From Acidimicrobiales bacterium (lineage in GTDB: Bacteria; Actinomycetota; Acidimicrobiia; Acidimicrobiales; Palsa-688): DNA of 53,735 bases. A program made the position numbers and the translations under genes. The stretch spans positions 1-53,735 of the forward strand of contig DASTHS010000199.1 in the NCBI GenBank assembly GCA_035718085.1, given 5' to 3'. The notes under the pieces were generated by a model, which saw only the letters and a list, made by a program, of their open reading frames with translations, ran no database searches and had not been told where the DNA came from. Positions 17,112 through 32,273 of the stretch are shown piece after piece. Every line of letters starts with the position of its first letter. Positions within the stretch are counted from its first letter, which is position 1.

Positions 17112-19106
17112 TCAGCGGGCCAGCAGGCGGGTGACCTCGGCGGGGTCGTCGGTGGGGGCGGCGCACACGTAGCCGCGGCACACGTAGGCGAAGCCGTCGC
17201 GACCCGGGCCCGTGCGCCCCTCCCACAGCGGCGAGGGGTACGGCGCGCCCCAGGCCAGCACCCGGTCGGGGTCGTAGCCGGCCCGGGCAGCGGCGACGAG
17301 GTCGGGGCGGTCACCGGTGACCACCACCTCCACGCCGTCGGCGGCCATGGCGGCGGCGACGGCCACCATCCCGGTGAACGCCGCAGGGGCCTTGGCCATC
17401 GCCGGGGCCATGGCGTCGAGCACCCGCCGGGCCCGGTCGCGGTGGGCGGCGTCGCCGGTGAGGGCGCCGAGTCGGCCCAGGGCGGCAGCGGCGACGGTGT
17501 TGGTCGACGGGGTGGCGCCGTCGTAGGTGTCGACGGGGCGGGCGATGAGGGCCTCGGCGTCGCGCCCGGCGGTCGTGAACACCCCTTGCTCCTCGTCGAA
17601 GCACAGCGCCGCCAGCGCCTCGGCGGCGGCGACGGCCTCGTCGAGCCACCGGGCGCGGCCCGTCGCCTCCGCCAAGCGGGTGAACGCCTCCACCAGCCAG
17701 GCCATGTCGGCGCCGTAGGCCAGGTGGCGGGCGCCGCTGCCGGCCTGCCACGACCGCCTCCAGCGCCCGTCGGTGCCCCGCAGCTCGGCCAGGAGGAACC
17801 CGGCGACCTCCTCGGCGGCCGCCACCCACGCCGGCCGGTCGAGGGCGGCGCCGCACTCGGCCAGGGCGGCGACGGCCATGGCGTTCCACTCGGTGAGCAC
17901 CTTGTCGTCGAGGCCGGGCCGCACCCGCCGCTCGCGGACGGCCAGCAGGTCACGGCGACCCTGCTCGATGGCGGCCGGCCGCTGGAGGCGGCCCCGACCG
18001 GGCCGCCACAGGATGTTGGTGTGCTCCCAGTTGCCCTCGGGCGTGGCGCCGTACCAGTCGGCGACCTCGGCGCCGGCCACGGCCACCAACTCGTCGTAGG
18101 ACCAGGTGGCGAACTTGCCCTCGACGCCCTCGGCGTCGGCGTCCTCGGCCGACGAGAGGCCCCCGGAGGGCTGGCGGATAGGGGGCGCCAGCAGGTAGCC
18201 GACGGTCTCCTCGACCACGTGGCGGTAGTCGGGCCGGCCGGTCACCTGCCAGGCGTGGAGGTAGGTGCGGGCCAGCTGGGCGTTGTCGTAGAGCATCTTC
18301 TCGAAGTGGGGGACCAGCCAGCGCCGGTCGGTGGCATACCGGGCGAAGCCGCCGGCCAGGTGGTCGTAGATGCCGCCGGCGGCCATGGCGTCGAGGGTCA
18401 CCGTCGCCGCCTCGAGCAGGGCCGGGTCGTCCCGGCGCACGTGCTCGGCCAGCAGCAGGTCGAGGGTGACGGGGGTCGGGAACTTCGGCGGCGGCCCGAA
18501 CCCGCCCCACTCGCGGTCGAGGCGACCGGCGACGGCCCGGGCGGTGGCCAGGGCCAGGCCGGGGTCGGCGCCCGCCTGCCGGTCGCCGTCGGCCGCCCAC
18601 GTGCGGCTGGGCAGCGCCACGCCGCGCTCGACCATGCCGGCGAGCTGGGCGGCGTCGGCCTCGATGCCGGCACGCCGCTCGGTCCAGGCCGCCTCCACCC
18701 GCTCGAGCAGGTCGACGAAGGCGGCGCGGGGGAAGTAGGTGCCGGCGAAGAACGGGCGGCCGTCGGGCAGCAGCAGCACCGTCATCGGCCAGCCACCCGA
18801 GCCGTTGACGGCCTGGGCCGCCTCCATGTAGACGGCGTCGACGTCGGGCCGCTCTTCACGGTCGACCTTGACCGGGACCGTCACCCGGTTGACCACGGCG
18901 GCTGCGTCGGGGTCCTCGAAGCTCTCGTGGGCCATCACGTGGCACCAGTGGCAGGCGCTGTAGCCGACGCTGAGCAGGATCGGCACGTCGCGGCGCCGGG
19001 CCTCGGCGAACGCCTCGTCGCCCCAGGGCCACCAGTCGACCGGGTTCTCGGCGTGCTGGCGGAGGTAGGGGCTGGCCTCGTGCGCCAGACGGTTGGTGGT
19101 CGTCAC
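17112..19106 (-). CDS. Thioredoxin-domain protein, DUF255/YyaL family (thioredoxin-like N-terminus plus alpha/alpha-toroid six-hairpin domain)
   Basis: [22 protein letters not shown] and [22 protein letters not shown] match the family signature. GTG start. Confidence 0.9.
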   Translation of the reverse strand: MTTTNRLAHEASPYLRQHAENPVDWWPWGDEAFAEARRRDVPILLSVGYSACHWCHVMAHESFEDPDAAAVVNRVTVPVKVDREERPDVDAVYMEAAQAVNGSGGWPMTVLLLPDGRPFFAGTYFPRAAFVDLLERVEAAWTERRAGIEADAAQLAGMVERGVALPSRTWAADGDRQAGADPGLALATARAVAGRLDREWGGFGPPPKFPTPVTLDLLLAEHVRRDDPALLEAATVTLDAMAAGGIYDHLAGGFARYATDRRWLVPHFEKMLYDNAQLARTYLHAWQVTGRPDYRHVVEETVGYLLAPPIRQPSGGLSSAEDADAEGVEGKFATWSYDELVAVAGAEVADWYGATPEGNWEHTNILWRPGRGRLQRPAAIEQGRRDLLAVRERRVRPGLDDKVLTEWNAMAVAALAECGAALDRPAWVAAAEEVAGFLLAELRGTDGRWRRSWQAGSGARHLAYGADMAWLVEAFTRLAEATGRARWLDEAVAAAEALAALCFDEEQGVFTTAGRDAEALIARPVDTYDGATPSTNTVAAAALGRLGALTGDAAHRDRARRVLDAMAPAMAKAPAAFTGMVAVAAAMAADGVEVVVTGDRPDLVAAARAGYDPDRVLAWGAPYPSPLWEGRTGPGRDGFAYVCRGYVCAAPTDDPAEVTRLLAR

Positions 19107-19112
19107 CCCGCA

Positions 19113-19118
19113 ACGCTA
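19113..19118 (-). promoter_or_regulatory. Candidate -10 hexamer TAGCGT for a leaderless DUF255 transcript
   Basis: The minus strand reads TAGCGT-tgcggg-GTG, so the hexamer sits exactly at -12..-7 of the start codon. No Shine-Dalgarno sequence is present. Confidence 0.4.
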
Positions 19119-19135
19119 CCGGGCGCCCCGACGCG

Positions 19136-19175
19136 CCTCGGGGCCGGCGCGCCGAGCGGCGCACCGGCCCCGAGG
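19136..19175 (-). terminator. Long compound hairpin ending the second Liv-type operon
   Basis: CCTCGGGGCCGG-c-GCGCCG-ag-CGGCGC-a-CCGGCCCCGAGG gives 12 + 6 bp with one symmetric mismatch. It lies 20 nt downstream of the SBP stop on the minus strand. There is no U-tract. Confidence 0.55.
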
Positions 19176-19194
19176 GGTCGTGGTCGGGTCCGGC

Positions 19195-20490
19195 CTAGAA
19201 GTTGGCCGGCGGGGTCGCCTGCGGCCCGGTGTAGGTCGTGATCGGCCCGGTCTCCGTGGCCTTGTAGACCGGTCCGAAGGCCGTCAGGTTCCCGTCTTGG
19301 ATCTTGGCCATCTGCTCACCCTCGTAGCCCCGGTGGTCGGTGGGGCTGAAGGTCAGCGGGAGCAGCCCGGGGCCCTGCAGGTCGGCGCTGTTGACGGCGT
19401 CGAGCAGGCTCTGGCGGGTCAGGTTCTTGCCGGCCTTCTGGAGCAGCTGCACGAAGTTGTAGCCCACCGACATGCCGAAGATGGTGTTGGCGTCGAAGGG
19501 GTTCTTGGCGTCGTACTGGTCGTGGATCTTCTTGAACAGCGTGGTCCACGGGTTGCTCGTGTCGGTGAAGCTCGGCAGGTAGCTCGCGGTGATCACCCCG
19601 TTGAGCAGTGATGCCCCGGCGGCGCCCTTCGAGAAGCTCTGCAGCAGGCCACCCATGGTGTAGGGGTCGGCGGCGATGCTCGAGACGACGAACTGGGGGT
19701 GGTAGCCGATCTGGGCGGCGGCCAGCTCGGCGAGGGCGAACGCCGCCGGGATGGCGAACCCGACGACCACCTGGGCGCCGGCCTGCTGCAGCTTCGACAT
19801 CTGGGTGCCCAGGCCGGAGGTCAAGGCGCTGACGTCGTAGCTCTGCTGGGACACCACGTCGGCGGGCTTGAGCTCGGTGTCGAGGCCCTGCTTGCCGCCC
19901 TGGCCCACGTCGTCGTTCTGGAGCAGGTAGCCGACCTTCTGGCCGGCCATGTTCTGGGCGATGTACTGCCCGAGGATGCGGCCCTCGATGGCGTAGTTGG
20001 TCTGGTAGCCGGTGGTCCAGGGGTACTGCTTGGGCTGGTTCCAGCACACGCAACCCGACGCCACGAACAGGTCGGGCACCTTGTTGCTGTTCAGGAACGG
20101 CTGCACCTGCTGGTGGGTCGGGGTGCCCAGACCGTTGAGGATGGCGAACACACCGTCCTGCTCGACCAGCTTGCGCACGACCGTCGACGTCTGGGACGGG
20201 TTGTAGGCGTCGTCTTGGTAGTTGTAGGTGATCTTCCGACCGTCGACGCCGCCCTTGGCGTTGACGTAGGCGAACAGCGCAGCGGTGGCCGGGGCGATCT
20301 CGCTGTAGCCGGGCGCGGCCGGGCCGGTGAGGGGCTGGTGGCTGCCGATGGTGATCGACGTGGCGGTGACGCCCGGGGCGCTCGCCCCGCCGCCGCCAGC
20401 AGCGTTGGAGCTGCTGCCGCCGCTGCTGCCGCAGGCCGATGCGAGCAGAGCCGTGCCGGCTGCGATCGCCGCGAGCCGTCGTGCGTTCAT
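19195..20490 (-). CDS. Liv-type ABC transporter substrate-binding lipoprotein
   Basis: Lipobox LLASAC followed by a Gly/Ser linker. LivK-like type I binding-protein body. AGGGGGG ribosome-binding site upstream. Confidence 0.85.
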   Translation of the reverse strand: MNARRLAAIAAGTALLASACGSSGGSSSNAAGGGGASAPGVTATSITIGSHQPLTGPAAPGYSEIAPATAALFAYVNAKGGVDGRKITYNYQDDAYNPSQTSTVVRKLVEQDGVFAILNGLGTPTHQQVQPFLNSNKVPDLFVASGCVCWNQPKQYPWTTGYQTNYAIEGRILGQYIAQNMAGQKVGYLLQNDDVGQGGKQGLDTELKPADVVSQQSYDVSALTSGLGTQMSKLQQAGAQVVVGFAIPAAFALAELAAAQIGYHPQFVVSSIAADPYTMGGLLQSFSKGAAGASLLNGVITASYLPSFTDTSNPWTTLFKKIHDQYDAKNPFDANTIFGMSVGYNFVQLLQKAGKNLTRQSLLDAVNSADLQGPGLLPLTFSPTDHRGYEGEQMAKIQDGNLTAFGPVYKATETGPITTYTGPQATPPANF

Positions 20491-20515
20491 GTTCCCCCCT
20501 GGGATGTTTTGTCGG

Positions 20516-20537
20516 GGCGGCTGGCATGTCAGCCGCC
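20516..20537 (-). promoter_or_regulatory. Intercistronic stem-loop between livM and the SBP gene
   Basis: GGCGGCTG-gcatgt-CAGCCGCC is an 8-bp stem. Confidence 0.3.
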
Positions 20538-20557
20538 GGCGGACCCTACAGGACCGG

Positions 20558-21685
20558 CTACGGACCCGCAGGGATGGTGGTGGCCGGTCGACGCCGCGAC
20601 GTGAGCGCCCACCAGGTGCGGCGCACCGCAGCGGCGATGCCTCCGGGGAAGGCGAGCATGACGACGATCAGCATCCCACCGAAGATGGCCAGCGCCAGGT
20701 TGGCGCCGATCTGCTTGGAGAGCCCCACACCGTTGCTGATCGATGTCGCCCAGCTCGGCAGGTACACCAGCACGATCGAGCCGAGCACCGCGCCGGGGAG
20801 GTTGCCCATGCCCCCGATGACGATGGCGACGAGCAGCTGGATCGACAGGGCCAGGGAGAAGCCACCCGGTCCGACGGTGGGGGTGACCAGGGCCAGCAGG
20901 CCGCCGGCCAGCCCGGCGCACGCGGCGCTGACGGTGAAGGCCAGGATCTGGGTGCGCGGCACCGAGATGCCGGCGAGCGACGCGGCGATCTCGTCGTCGC
21001 GCACGGCGCGGAAGTTGCGGCCCACCCGGCCGCGCGACAGGTTCGCCAGCAAGAACAGCGTGACGGCGGCGCCGATGATGCAGATGTAGGCGCCCCAGCG
21101 TTCGATGGGGGCGTTCGTGCCGAGCCACCCCGGCGGGAGGGGGGGGTTGATCGTCAGGCCCTCGTCGCGCCCGAAGTACTTGTAGTTCTTGGGTATCTCC
21201 GGGAGCCCGACGGCCAGTGCCAGGGTGGCTCCGGCCAGGTAGGGGCCGCGGAGACGGGCGGCGACGGCGCCGACCAGCACGCCGGCGACCCCACCGGCGA
21301 GCGCGGAGAGCAGCAGCACGACGACGAGGGGGAGGTGGGCGTGGAGCAGGAGCACAGCGGCGCAGTAGGCACCGACGGCCATGAGGGCACCGTGGCCGAG
21401 GGAGATCTGGCCGTTGAGGCCGGTGAGCACGGTCAGGCCGGCGACGGCGACGAGGTAGGCGGCGATCTCGGCGAGCTGGAAGTCGCGGTAGCGGCTGATG
21501 CCGTTGGCGATGAGGATGCCGATCACGGCGAAGGCCAGGGCGAAGATGGCGGTGCGGGCGACGACGGGCAGCCGTTCCCACGCGCTGCGGGCCCGGCCCG
21601 ACGGTGCGGACGGTGGCGGCCCGTCCGCGTCGGTCACCGGGCCGGTGGTGCGAGCCGATTCGGGGGCGGCGGGGGTGGTGGCCAC
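20558..21685 (-). CDS. livM: Branched-chain amino acid ABC transporter permease
   Basis: Polytopic protein with a LivM-like core (GLNGQISLGHGALMAVGAYCAA). Confidence 0.85.
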   Translation of the reverse strand: MATTPAAPESARTTGPVTDADGPPPSAPSGRARSAWERLPVVARTAIFALAFAVIGILIANGISRYRDFQLAEIAAYLVAVAGLTVLTGLNGQISLGHGALMAVGAYCAAVLLLHAHLPLVVVLLLSALAGGVAGVLVGAVAARLRGPYLAGATLALAVGLPEIPKNYKYFGRDEGLTINPPLPPGWLGTNAPIERWGAYICIIGAAVTLFLLANLSRGRVGRNFRAVRDDEIAASLAGISVPRTQILAFTVSAACAGLAGGLLALVTPTVGPGGFSLALSIQLLVAIVIGGMGNLPGAVLGSIVLVYLPSWATSISNGVGLSKQIGANLALAIFGGMLIVVMLAFPGGIAAAVRRTWWALTSRRRPATTIPAGP

Positions 21686-21686
21686 G

Positions 21687-22571
21687 TCAGACCCTCCTCG
21701 GGGCGATCCGGTTGAACAGGCCCTGGGGCCTGACCATGAGCACGGCGATCAGCAGCACGAGGGCGCCCTCGATCTCGTAGGTCGACGACACGTACCCGCC
21801 CACGTATTCACGGGTGAGCCCGAGCACCAGGCCGCCGATCAGCGCCCCGACGGGGCTGTCGAGGCCGCCGAGCACGGCGGCGGAGAACCCGTAGACGAGG
21901 ACGTCGTCCATGTAGTTCGGGCTCAGGGGCAGGATGCGGGGTGCCACCAGCACCCCGGCGAGCGACCCGGCGGCGGCGGCGAGCGCCCAGCCGAGGGTGA
22001 GCATGCGGCTGACCCGGATGCCCTGTAGGCGGGCCACCACCGGCTCGAACGCGGCGGCGCGCATCTTCAGGCCGAGCGACGTGTATTGGAACAGACCGAG
22101 GAGGGCGACCATGGTGAGGGCGACGGCGACGACGATGAAGGTGTCGAAGGGGGCGAACGCCACGCGGGTGGTGCCGACGCGGTAGCCGTTGCCGGAGAAG
22201 TGGGCGGGGAACGAGCGGCTCTTGCTGTTGCCCCAGATCATGCCGGCCAGCGCCTCGATCAGGGTGAAAAGACCGAGGGTCACGATGACCGCGTTGATGG
22301 GCGGCTTGTTCTCGACCGGCCGCACGAACACCCGCTCGACGACGGCGCCGAGCACCAAGCCGGCGATCAGGGCGCCGAAGAACGCCACCCAGTAGTTCGC
22401 CCCGCGGTCGATCAACGACAGGCCGATGTAGGTCGTGAGCATCGCCATGGCCCCGCCGGCGAAGTTGAGGATCCGGGTCGACCGCCAGATCAACACCAGT
22501 GACAGGGCCACAGCCGCGTAGACCATGCCCACGGAGAGGCCGTCGAGCGTGTAGTTGACGAATGCGTGCAC
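21687..22571 (-). CDS. livH: Branched-chain amino acid ABC transporter permease
   Basis: LDGLSVGMVYAAVALSLVLIWRSTRILNFAGGA is a LivH-like N-terminus. Confidence 0.85.
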   Translation of the reverse strand: MHAFVNYTLDGLSVGMVYAAVALSLVLIWRSTRILNFAGGAMAMLTTYIGLSLIDRGANYWVAFFGALIAGLVLGAVVERVFVRPVENKPPINAVIVTLGLFTLIEALAGMIWGNSKSRSFPAHFSGNGYRVGTTRVAFAPFDTFIVVAVALTMVALLGLFQYTSLGLKMRAAAFEPVVARLQGIRVSRMLTLGWALAAAAGSLAGVLVAPRILPLSPNYMDDVLVYGFSAAVLGGLDSPVGALIGGLVLGLTREYVGGYVSSTYEIEGALVLLIAVLMVRPQGLFNRIAPRRV

Positions 22572-22579
22572 GCGGCCCC

Positions 22580-27792
<5,213 letters not shown>

Positions 27793-27796
<4 letters not shown>

Positions 27797-28695
27797 CCGG
27801 CCACCAGGGCGGCCAGGTCGGTGGCGTTGCGCACCCCGTAGTCCTGGTAGCAGTTGTTCATCAGGGCGTGCACCTTCTCGGCGCGCCCGGCCAGCTCGCG
27901 CAAGGTGGGGGCCCAGGCCCGCAGCTCGGCGGGGGAGTACAGGTAGCGGAAGCGCTCGGCTGCGCTGGGGGTGCGGGCCCGCCAGGTGTCGTCGTTGCGA
28001 CCGTGGAACCGCACCACCGCGAGCCGGGAGTCGGTCACCTCGGGCACGGTGGTCAGCCCCGACGTCGGCGGGGCGTCGACGACCACGAGCGACATCCGCA
28101 GGTCGCGCAGCAGCGCCACCGTGCGGTCTCTGTGACGGTCGGTGCCCAGCCATGCCGGGGCCCGGAACTCCACGCACACCGGCACGTCGGGCCACCGCCG
28201 GCGCACGGCCTCGAGCTTGGCGCGGTTGGCGCTCGAGGGGCCGAACCAGGCGGGGTACTGCAGCAGCACGGCGCCGAGCTTCCCGGCCTCGACCAGCGGC
28301 CCGAGGGCGGAGGCGAAGCGGGCCCACACCTCCTCGGCGGCGTCGGGCTCCAGGTGGGCCAGGTACACGTTGCGCTTGCCGGTCGCCTCCGGCCTGATCG
28401 CGTCGCGGAGGTCGGGCCACAGCGAGTCGGGGCGGGCCGGGTGGCCGGTGAGCAGGGCGTAGCCCTTCACGTCGAAGGTGAAGCCCGGCGGGGTGCGCTC
28501 CGCCCAGCCCCGGGCCAGCTGCGGCGACGGCGGGAAGTAGTACGTGCTGTCGGCCTCCGCGACAGGGAACCGCTCGGCGTAGAAGGCCAGCCGCTCGGCC
28601 GCCGACATCGACCGCTTCGGGTACCAGTCGGTGTCCTTGACCAGCGTCGGGTCGGTCCACGAGCAGGTGCCGACCAGGATCGGGGCCGCCGTCAC
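27793..28695 (-). CDS. DUF72 (YecE-like) protein
   Basis: ILVGTCSWTDPTLV, FYAERFPVAEADSTYY and GAVLLQYPAWF are DUF72 hallmarks. GTG 28695 overlaps the upstream stop (GTGA). The stop shares a CTAG with the convergent galT stop. Confidence 0.8.
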
Positions 28696-29504
28696 GGCGC
28701 ATCCTCCGTTCCGGCGCCGTCGCCTGCGAGCGTCGTCTTCGTGCGGCGGCGCTCGGCGACGAGGGCCACGGGCCGCAGGGTCCGAGCGGCGAGCAGGTCG
28801 GCGAAGCGGTGCTCCGCTCGATCGGCCCGGTCGAGCTCGTCGGCGGTCGGGTGGCGGGCGGCCAGCCGGACGGCGACCTCGTCGGCCACCTCCGCCCAGG
28901 CTGCCGGCGTCGGGGGGAGGGGGTCGAGGCGGTCGACGGTGGCCAACCCGGCCGCGGCGAGCGCCGCCTCCAGGCCCTCTGGGGTGAGGAAGTGGTTGCC
29001 CGCAGGCGCCGGCTCGGCGATCGGGCCGGCGCGCAGGTACTCGAGCAGCCCGAGGCGCCCGCCCGGCTCGAGCACCCGGGCCAGCTCCGCCAGCGCCGCC
29101 GGCTGGTCGTCGACCGTCGAGAGCACGCCGAGGGCCCACACGGCCGCCACCGCCGCCGTCGGCACCGGCAGGGCCGCCGACGATGCCGTGAGGCCGCCGA
29201 TGCCGAAGCGGCGGGACGCGGCGCGCACGGCCCGCGGCATGGGGTCGGCCACGACGACCCGGGCGCCGCGGTGGTCGGTGGCCCAGGCGGCGGGGCCGCC
29301 GATGCCCCCGCCGACGTCGAGCAGCAGCGAGCCCGGCCCCAGCCCCAGTCGGTCGGCCAGCCAGGCGAGCGCCTCAGGGTGCGCGCTGCCCCGGCAGGCG
29401 CCGATCACGGCGCGCTCGCGCGGGAGGTCGGCCAGCACCTCGTCGACCCAGCCGGCCACCACGTCGAACTCGACCACCCCCTCGTCGTCGGCGGCGGTGC
29501 TCAC
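28692..29504 (-). CDS. Class I SAM-dependent methyltransferase
   Basis: Motif I LLDVGGGIGGPAAW and post-I/II VLEPGGRLGLLEY. GTG 29504 overlaps the upstream stop (GTGA). Confidence 0.75.
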   Translation of the reverse strand: MSTAADDEGVVEFDVVAGWVDEVLADLPRERAVIGACRGSAHPEALAWLADRLGLGPGSLLLDVGGGIGGPAAWATDHRGARVVVADPMPRAVRAASRRFGIGGLTASSAALPVPTAAVAAVWALGVLSTVDDQPAALAELARVLEPGGRLGLLEYLRAGPIAEPAPAGNHFLTPEGLEAALAAAGLATVDRLDPLPPTPAAWAEVADEVAVRLAARHPTADELDRADRAEHRFADLLAARTLRPVALVAERRRTKTTLAGDGAGTEDAP

Positions 29505-30478
29505 CGGGAGCTCCGATGGGCGAGCAGGCGGGTGCCGACCCCGGCCATCACGGTCGCGGAGGTGGCCACGTCGGCGGCCGCCCACCCCGACAGGTTGACC
29601 CCGTCGACGCCCTCGACCTCCAGCATGCGCACGGCGGCCACCGCCGCCAGGTCGGCGCCGGCAGGTGCGGCGGCCTCCTCGGCGGCCACCGGGTCGAGGG
29701 CCACGCCGGGCAGCCGGGCCAGGTCGGCCAGCGCCCGGGCGTCGGCGGTGACCGGCACGCAGGCGACGAAGGTGGCGTCGGCACCCTCGCCGCGGGCGGC
29801 CGCGACGAACCTGGCGACAGGGCCGGGACCGCCGCAGTGGTTGACGAACACCGCCGATGCGCCGGCCGCCACCTTGGCGGCCAGCCGGCGGGCCCGCAGC
29901 CCGGCGGGGGGTGCGGCCGGGCTGGCGGCGACCGACACCGCCAGGCCGGCGGCCCGGGCGGCTCCGACCAGCCGCAGGGCATCGAGGTCGAACACCCGCG
30001 CCTCGCCGACGGGGCCGCCGCTGCCCTGCCAGTCGCCGGTGACGCAGTGGACGCCGGGCACCCCGAGGGCGGCGAGTGCGGCCAGCTCGGCGGCGAGGGC
30101 CACCCGGTTGCGGTCGCGGCAGGCCAGGGTGACCCAGGGGGCGACGCCCCGGTCGAGCAGCGCCGCCGCCATGAACGACGGGGGGAAGTCGTTGCGCACG
30201 CCGCCGTGGTCGCCGACCAGCACGGCGTCGCAGGTGCCGGCAAGCCGGCGGGCGACGGTGTCGAGCGAGGCCATCGATCGGGCTACGACATGGAGGTCGG
30301 TCACCACCCGCAGCGACGGGGGAGGGCCCTGCGGCCCGGCGGGCGCGGCGACGAAGGCGGCCTCTCGCGTCCACGGACAGGGGAGGGCAGCGTCGACCTC
30401 GCAGCCGCCGTCGGTCCGAACGCCGCCGCAGGGCCCGTGCACCATGCGCTTGGGGCAAGCGGGGTGCGGTGCGGCCAC
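29501..30478 (-). CDS. Methylenetetrahydrofolate-reductase-like protein with an N-terminal MetV-type Cys4 module
   Basis: The N-terminus CPKRMVHGPCGGVRTDGGCEVDAALPCPW matches the MTHFR_C/MetV motif. The body has MetF-like LACRDRNR...HCVTGD and an AGASAVFVN segment. Confidence 0.75.
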   Translation of the reverse strand: MAAPHPACPKRMVHGPCGGVRTDGGCEVDAALPCPWTREAAFVAAPAGPQGPPPSLRVVTDLHVVARSMASLDTVARRLAGTCDAVLVGDHGGVRNDFPPSFMAAALLDRGVAPWVTLACRDRNRVALAAELAALAALGVPGVHCVTGDWQGSGGPVGEARVFDLDALRLVGAARAAGLAVSVAASPAAPPAGLRARRLAAKVAAGASAVFVNHCGGPGPVARFVAAARGEGADATFVACVPVTADARALADLARLPGVALDPVAAEEAAAPAGADLAAVAAVRMLEVEGVDGVNLSGWAAADVATSATVMAGVGTRLLAHRSSR

Positions 30479-30484
30479 CCCGCA

Positions 30485-30490
30485 GCGCTA
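30485..30490 (-). promoter_or_regulatory. -10-like hexamer TAGCGC at -12..-7 of the MetV/MetF-like gene start
   Basis: The minus strand reads GGTAGCGCTGCGGGGTG, matching 17 of 18 positions of GGTAGCGTTGCGGGGTG at the DUF255 gene start. Confidence 0.3.
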
Positions 30491-30539
30491 CCCACCGGCA
30501 CCCGGCGCCACCCGTCCAAGCGGCCGCCCACCGGCCCGT

Positions 30540-30950
30540 TCAGCGCAGCCGGGCGCCCCCGCGCAGGCGGCGCCGGGGCCACGGCGCCGGGGTGGCGTCG
30601 ACGGTGCGGGCGGCGCAGGTGAGGGGGCCGGGCAGGGCCGCCCGGCGGGGGCTGACCGCCAGGTCGAGGCGCACCCGGCGGACCCCGTCGTCGAGGTCGC
30701 AGCGGCGGGCTGCGCCCTCCCCGCCGACGCGGCAGGTGATCTCGGTTCCATCGGCGGCCCACCGGCGCAGGGCCAGCACGGCCATCGTCGTCCACTCCGC
30801 CCAGCCCACCCCGCCGGGGCGGTGCAGGGTGGTCAGGGCCACGGGGCCGCGGTCGGTGAGCAGGTCGACGACGATGGTGCCGGCATCACCGGTGCCCACG
30901 AACGCGACGCGGGCGGGGAAGGTCGGTGCGGGGGCGATGGCGGGGGGCAT
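30540..30950 (-). CDS. Hypothetical protein (136 aa)
   Basis: Third codon positions are almost all G/C in this frame and the composition is balanced. AAGCAT lies at -12..-7 of the ATG. No family recognised. Confidence 0.6.
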   Translation of the reverse strand: MPPAIAPAPTFPARVAFVGTGDAGTIVVDLLTDRGPVALTTLHRPGGVGWAEWTTMAVLALRRWAADGTEITCRVGGEGAARRCDLDDGVRRVRLDLAVSPRRAALPGPLTCAARTVDATPAPWPRRRLRGGARLR

Positions 30951-30961
30951 GTGCCGATGCT

Positions 30962-30995
30962 TCCCGATCTGCGCCGCTTATTGCAGATGTCGGGA
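30962..30995 (-). terminator. Imperfect hairpin between the acyl-CoA dehydrogenase gene and the next operon
   Basis: TCCCGATCTGC-(10-nt loop)-GCAGAT(gt)CGGGA gives 6 + 5 bp with a 2-nt bulge, in a locally AT-richer patch. Confidence 0.35.
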
Positions 30996-31021
30996 TCAGC
31001 CGAGACGCGGCGCCCGGGGGG

Positions 31022-32215
31022 CTAGCGGGGGACCTTCGACCAAGGGAGCTCCTTGTCGACCCGCACGTCGCCGGGCAGTCCCAGCACGCGCTCGCCGATG
31101 ATGTTGCGCTGGATCTCCGATGTGCCGCCCTCGATGGAGTTGGCCCGGGCCCGGAGGAACATCTTGCGGCTCGATCCGCTCGGTCCGGTCAACCCCAGTG
31201 CCTCGGCGCGTCGCATCTCGTAGGGGTAGCCCACGAGGCCGGCCGGTCCGAGCAGGTCGACGCACAGCTCGTAGATGTCCTGGTTCACCTCCGCGAAGGC
31301 CAGCTTGGCGATCGACCCCTCGGGCCCGGGGTTGCCGGCCTTGCGGTTCTGGCCGGCCCGGATGTTGGTGAGGCGCAGCGCCTCTGAGCGGCACCACAGC
31401 GCCATGAGCCGGTCGCGGTCGGCGGGTCGCCTGGTGGTGGCCTCCTGCTGCCAGATCCGCACCGCCTCGGCGATGGCGCCGCTGCCGCGCTGGGGGGTGC
31501 CGCCGCCCCCGCCGATGCTGGTGCGCTCGTTCATGAGGGTGGTCATGGCGACCCGCCACCCGTCGCCCACGTCACCGATGCGGTCGGTGTCGGGCACCCG
31601 CACCTCGGTGAGGTACACCTCGTTGAACTCGGCCTCGCCGGTGATCTGCATCAGCGGGCGGACCTCGACGCCGGGGGCGTGCATGTCGAGGGCGAAGTAG
31701 GTGAGGCCTTTGTGCTTGGGCACGTCGGGGTCGGTGCGGGTGACGAGCATGCCCCGGTCGGCGATGTGGGCCATGGTGTTCCAGACCTTCTGGCCGGTGA
31801 TGACCCACTCGTCGCCGTCGCGCACCGCCTTGGTCGACAGGCTGGCCAAGTCGGAGCCGGCACCCGGCTCGCTGAAGAGCTGGCACCAGGCGTCTTCGCC
31901 CGTGAACATCCGACGCAGGTAGCGCTCCACGAGCGCGTCGCTGCCGTTGGTGACCACGGTCGGTCCGGCGAGGGTCAGACCGAAGAAGAAGCGGCCGTCG
32001 GGTGACTTGGCACCGGCCTCCCGGAGCCGGGTGTCGATGCGGCCCTGCAGGCTGGGCGGGAGGCCCATGCCGCCGCGCCCCTCGGGGAAGTGCACCCACG
32101 CCAGCCCGGCGTCGTACTGGGCGCCGCGGAACTCCACCTGGGGCGTGGTGGACGGGTCGTGCTCGGCCAGCAGCTGGTCGATGCGCTCGTCGACGAGGGC
32201 GGCGGGGTCGGTCAT
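31022..32215 (-). CDS. Acyl-CoA dehydrogenase family protein
   Basis: WCQLFSEPGAGSDLASL, GQKVWNT and the C-terminal IEGGTSEIQRNIIGERVLGLP are ACAD signatures. Confidence 0.9.
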   Translation of the reverse strand: MTDPAALVDERIDQLLAEHDPSTTPQVEFRGAQYDAGLAWVHFPEGRGGMGLPPSLQGRIDTRLREAGAKSPDGRFFFGLTLAGPTVVTNGSDALVERYLRRMFTGEDAWCQLFSEPGAGSDLASLSTKAVRDGDEWVITGQKVWNTMAHIADRGMLVTRTDPDVPKHKGLTYFALDMHAPGVEVRPLMQITGEAEFNEVYLTEVRVPDTDRIGDVGDGWRVAMTTLMNERTSIGGGGGTPQRGSGAIAEAVRIWQQEATTRRPADRDRLMALWCRSEALRLTNIRAGQNRKAGNPGPEGSIAKLAFAEVNQDIYELCVDLLGPAGLVGYPYEMRRAEALGLTGPSGSSRKMFLRARANSIEGGTSEIQRNIIGERVLGLPGDVRVDKELPWSKVPR

Positions 32216-32273
32216 GGCCCCAGCATGCCAAGCAGGCCGCCGCCGCCGCTTCTGGTCGGCGAGAATCCGGCCT

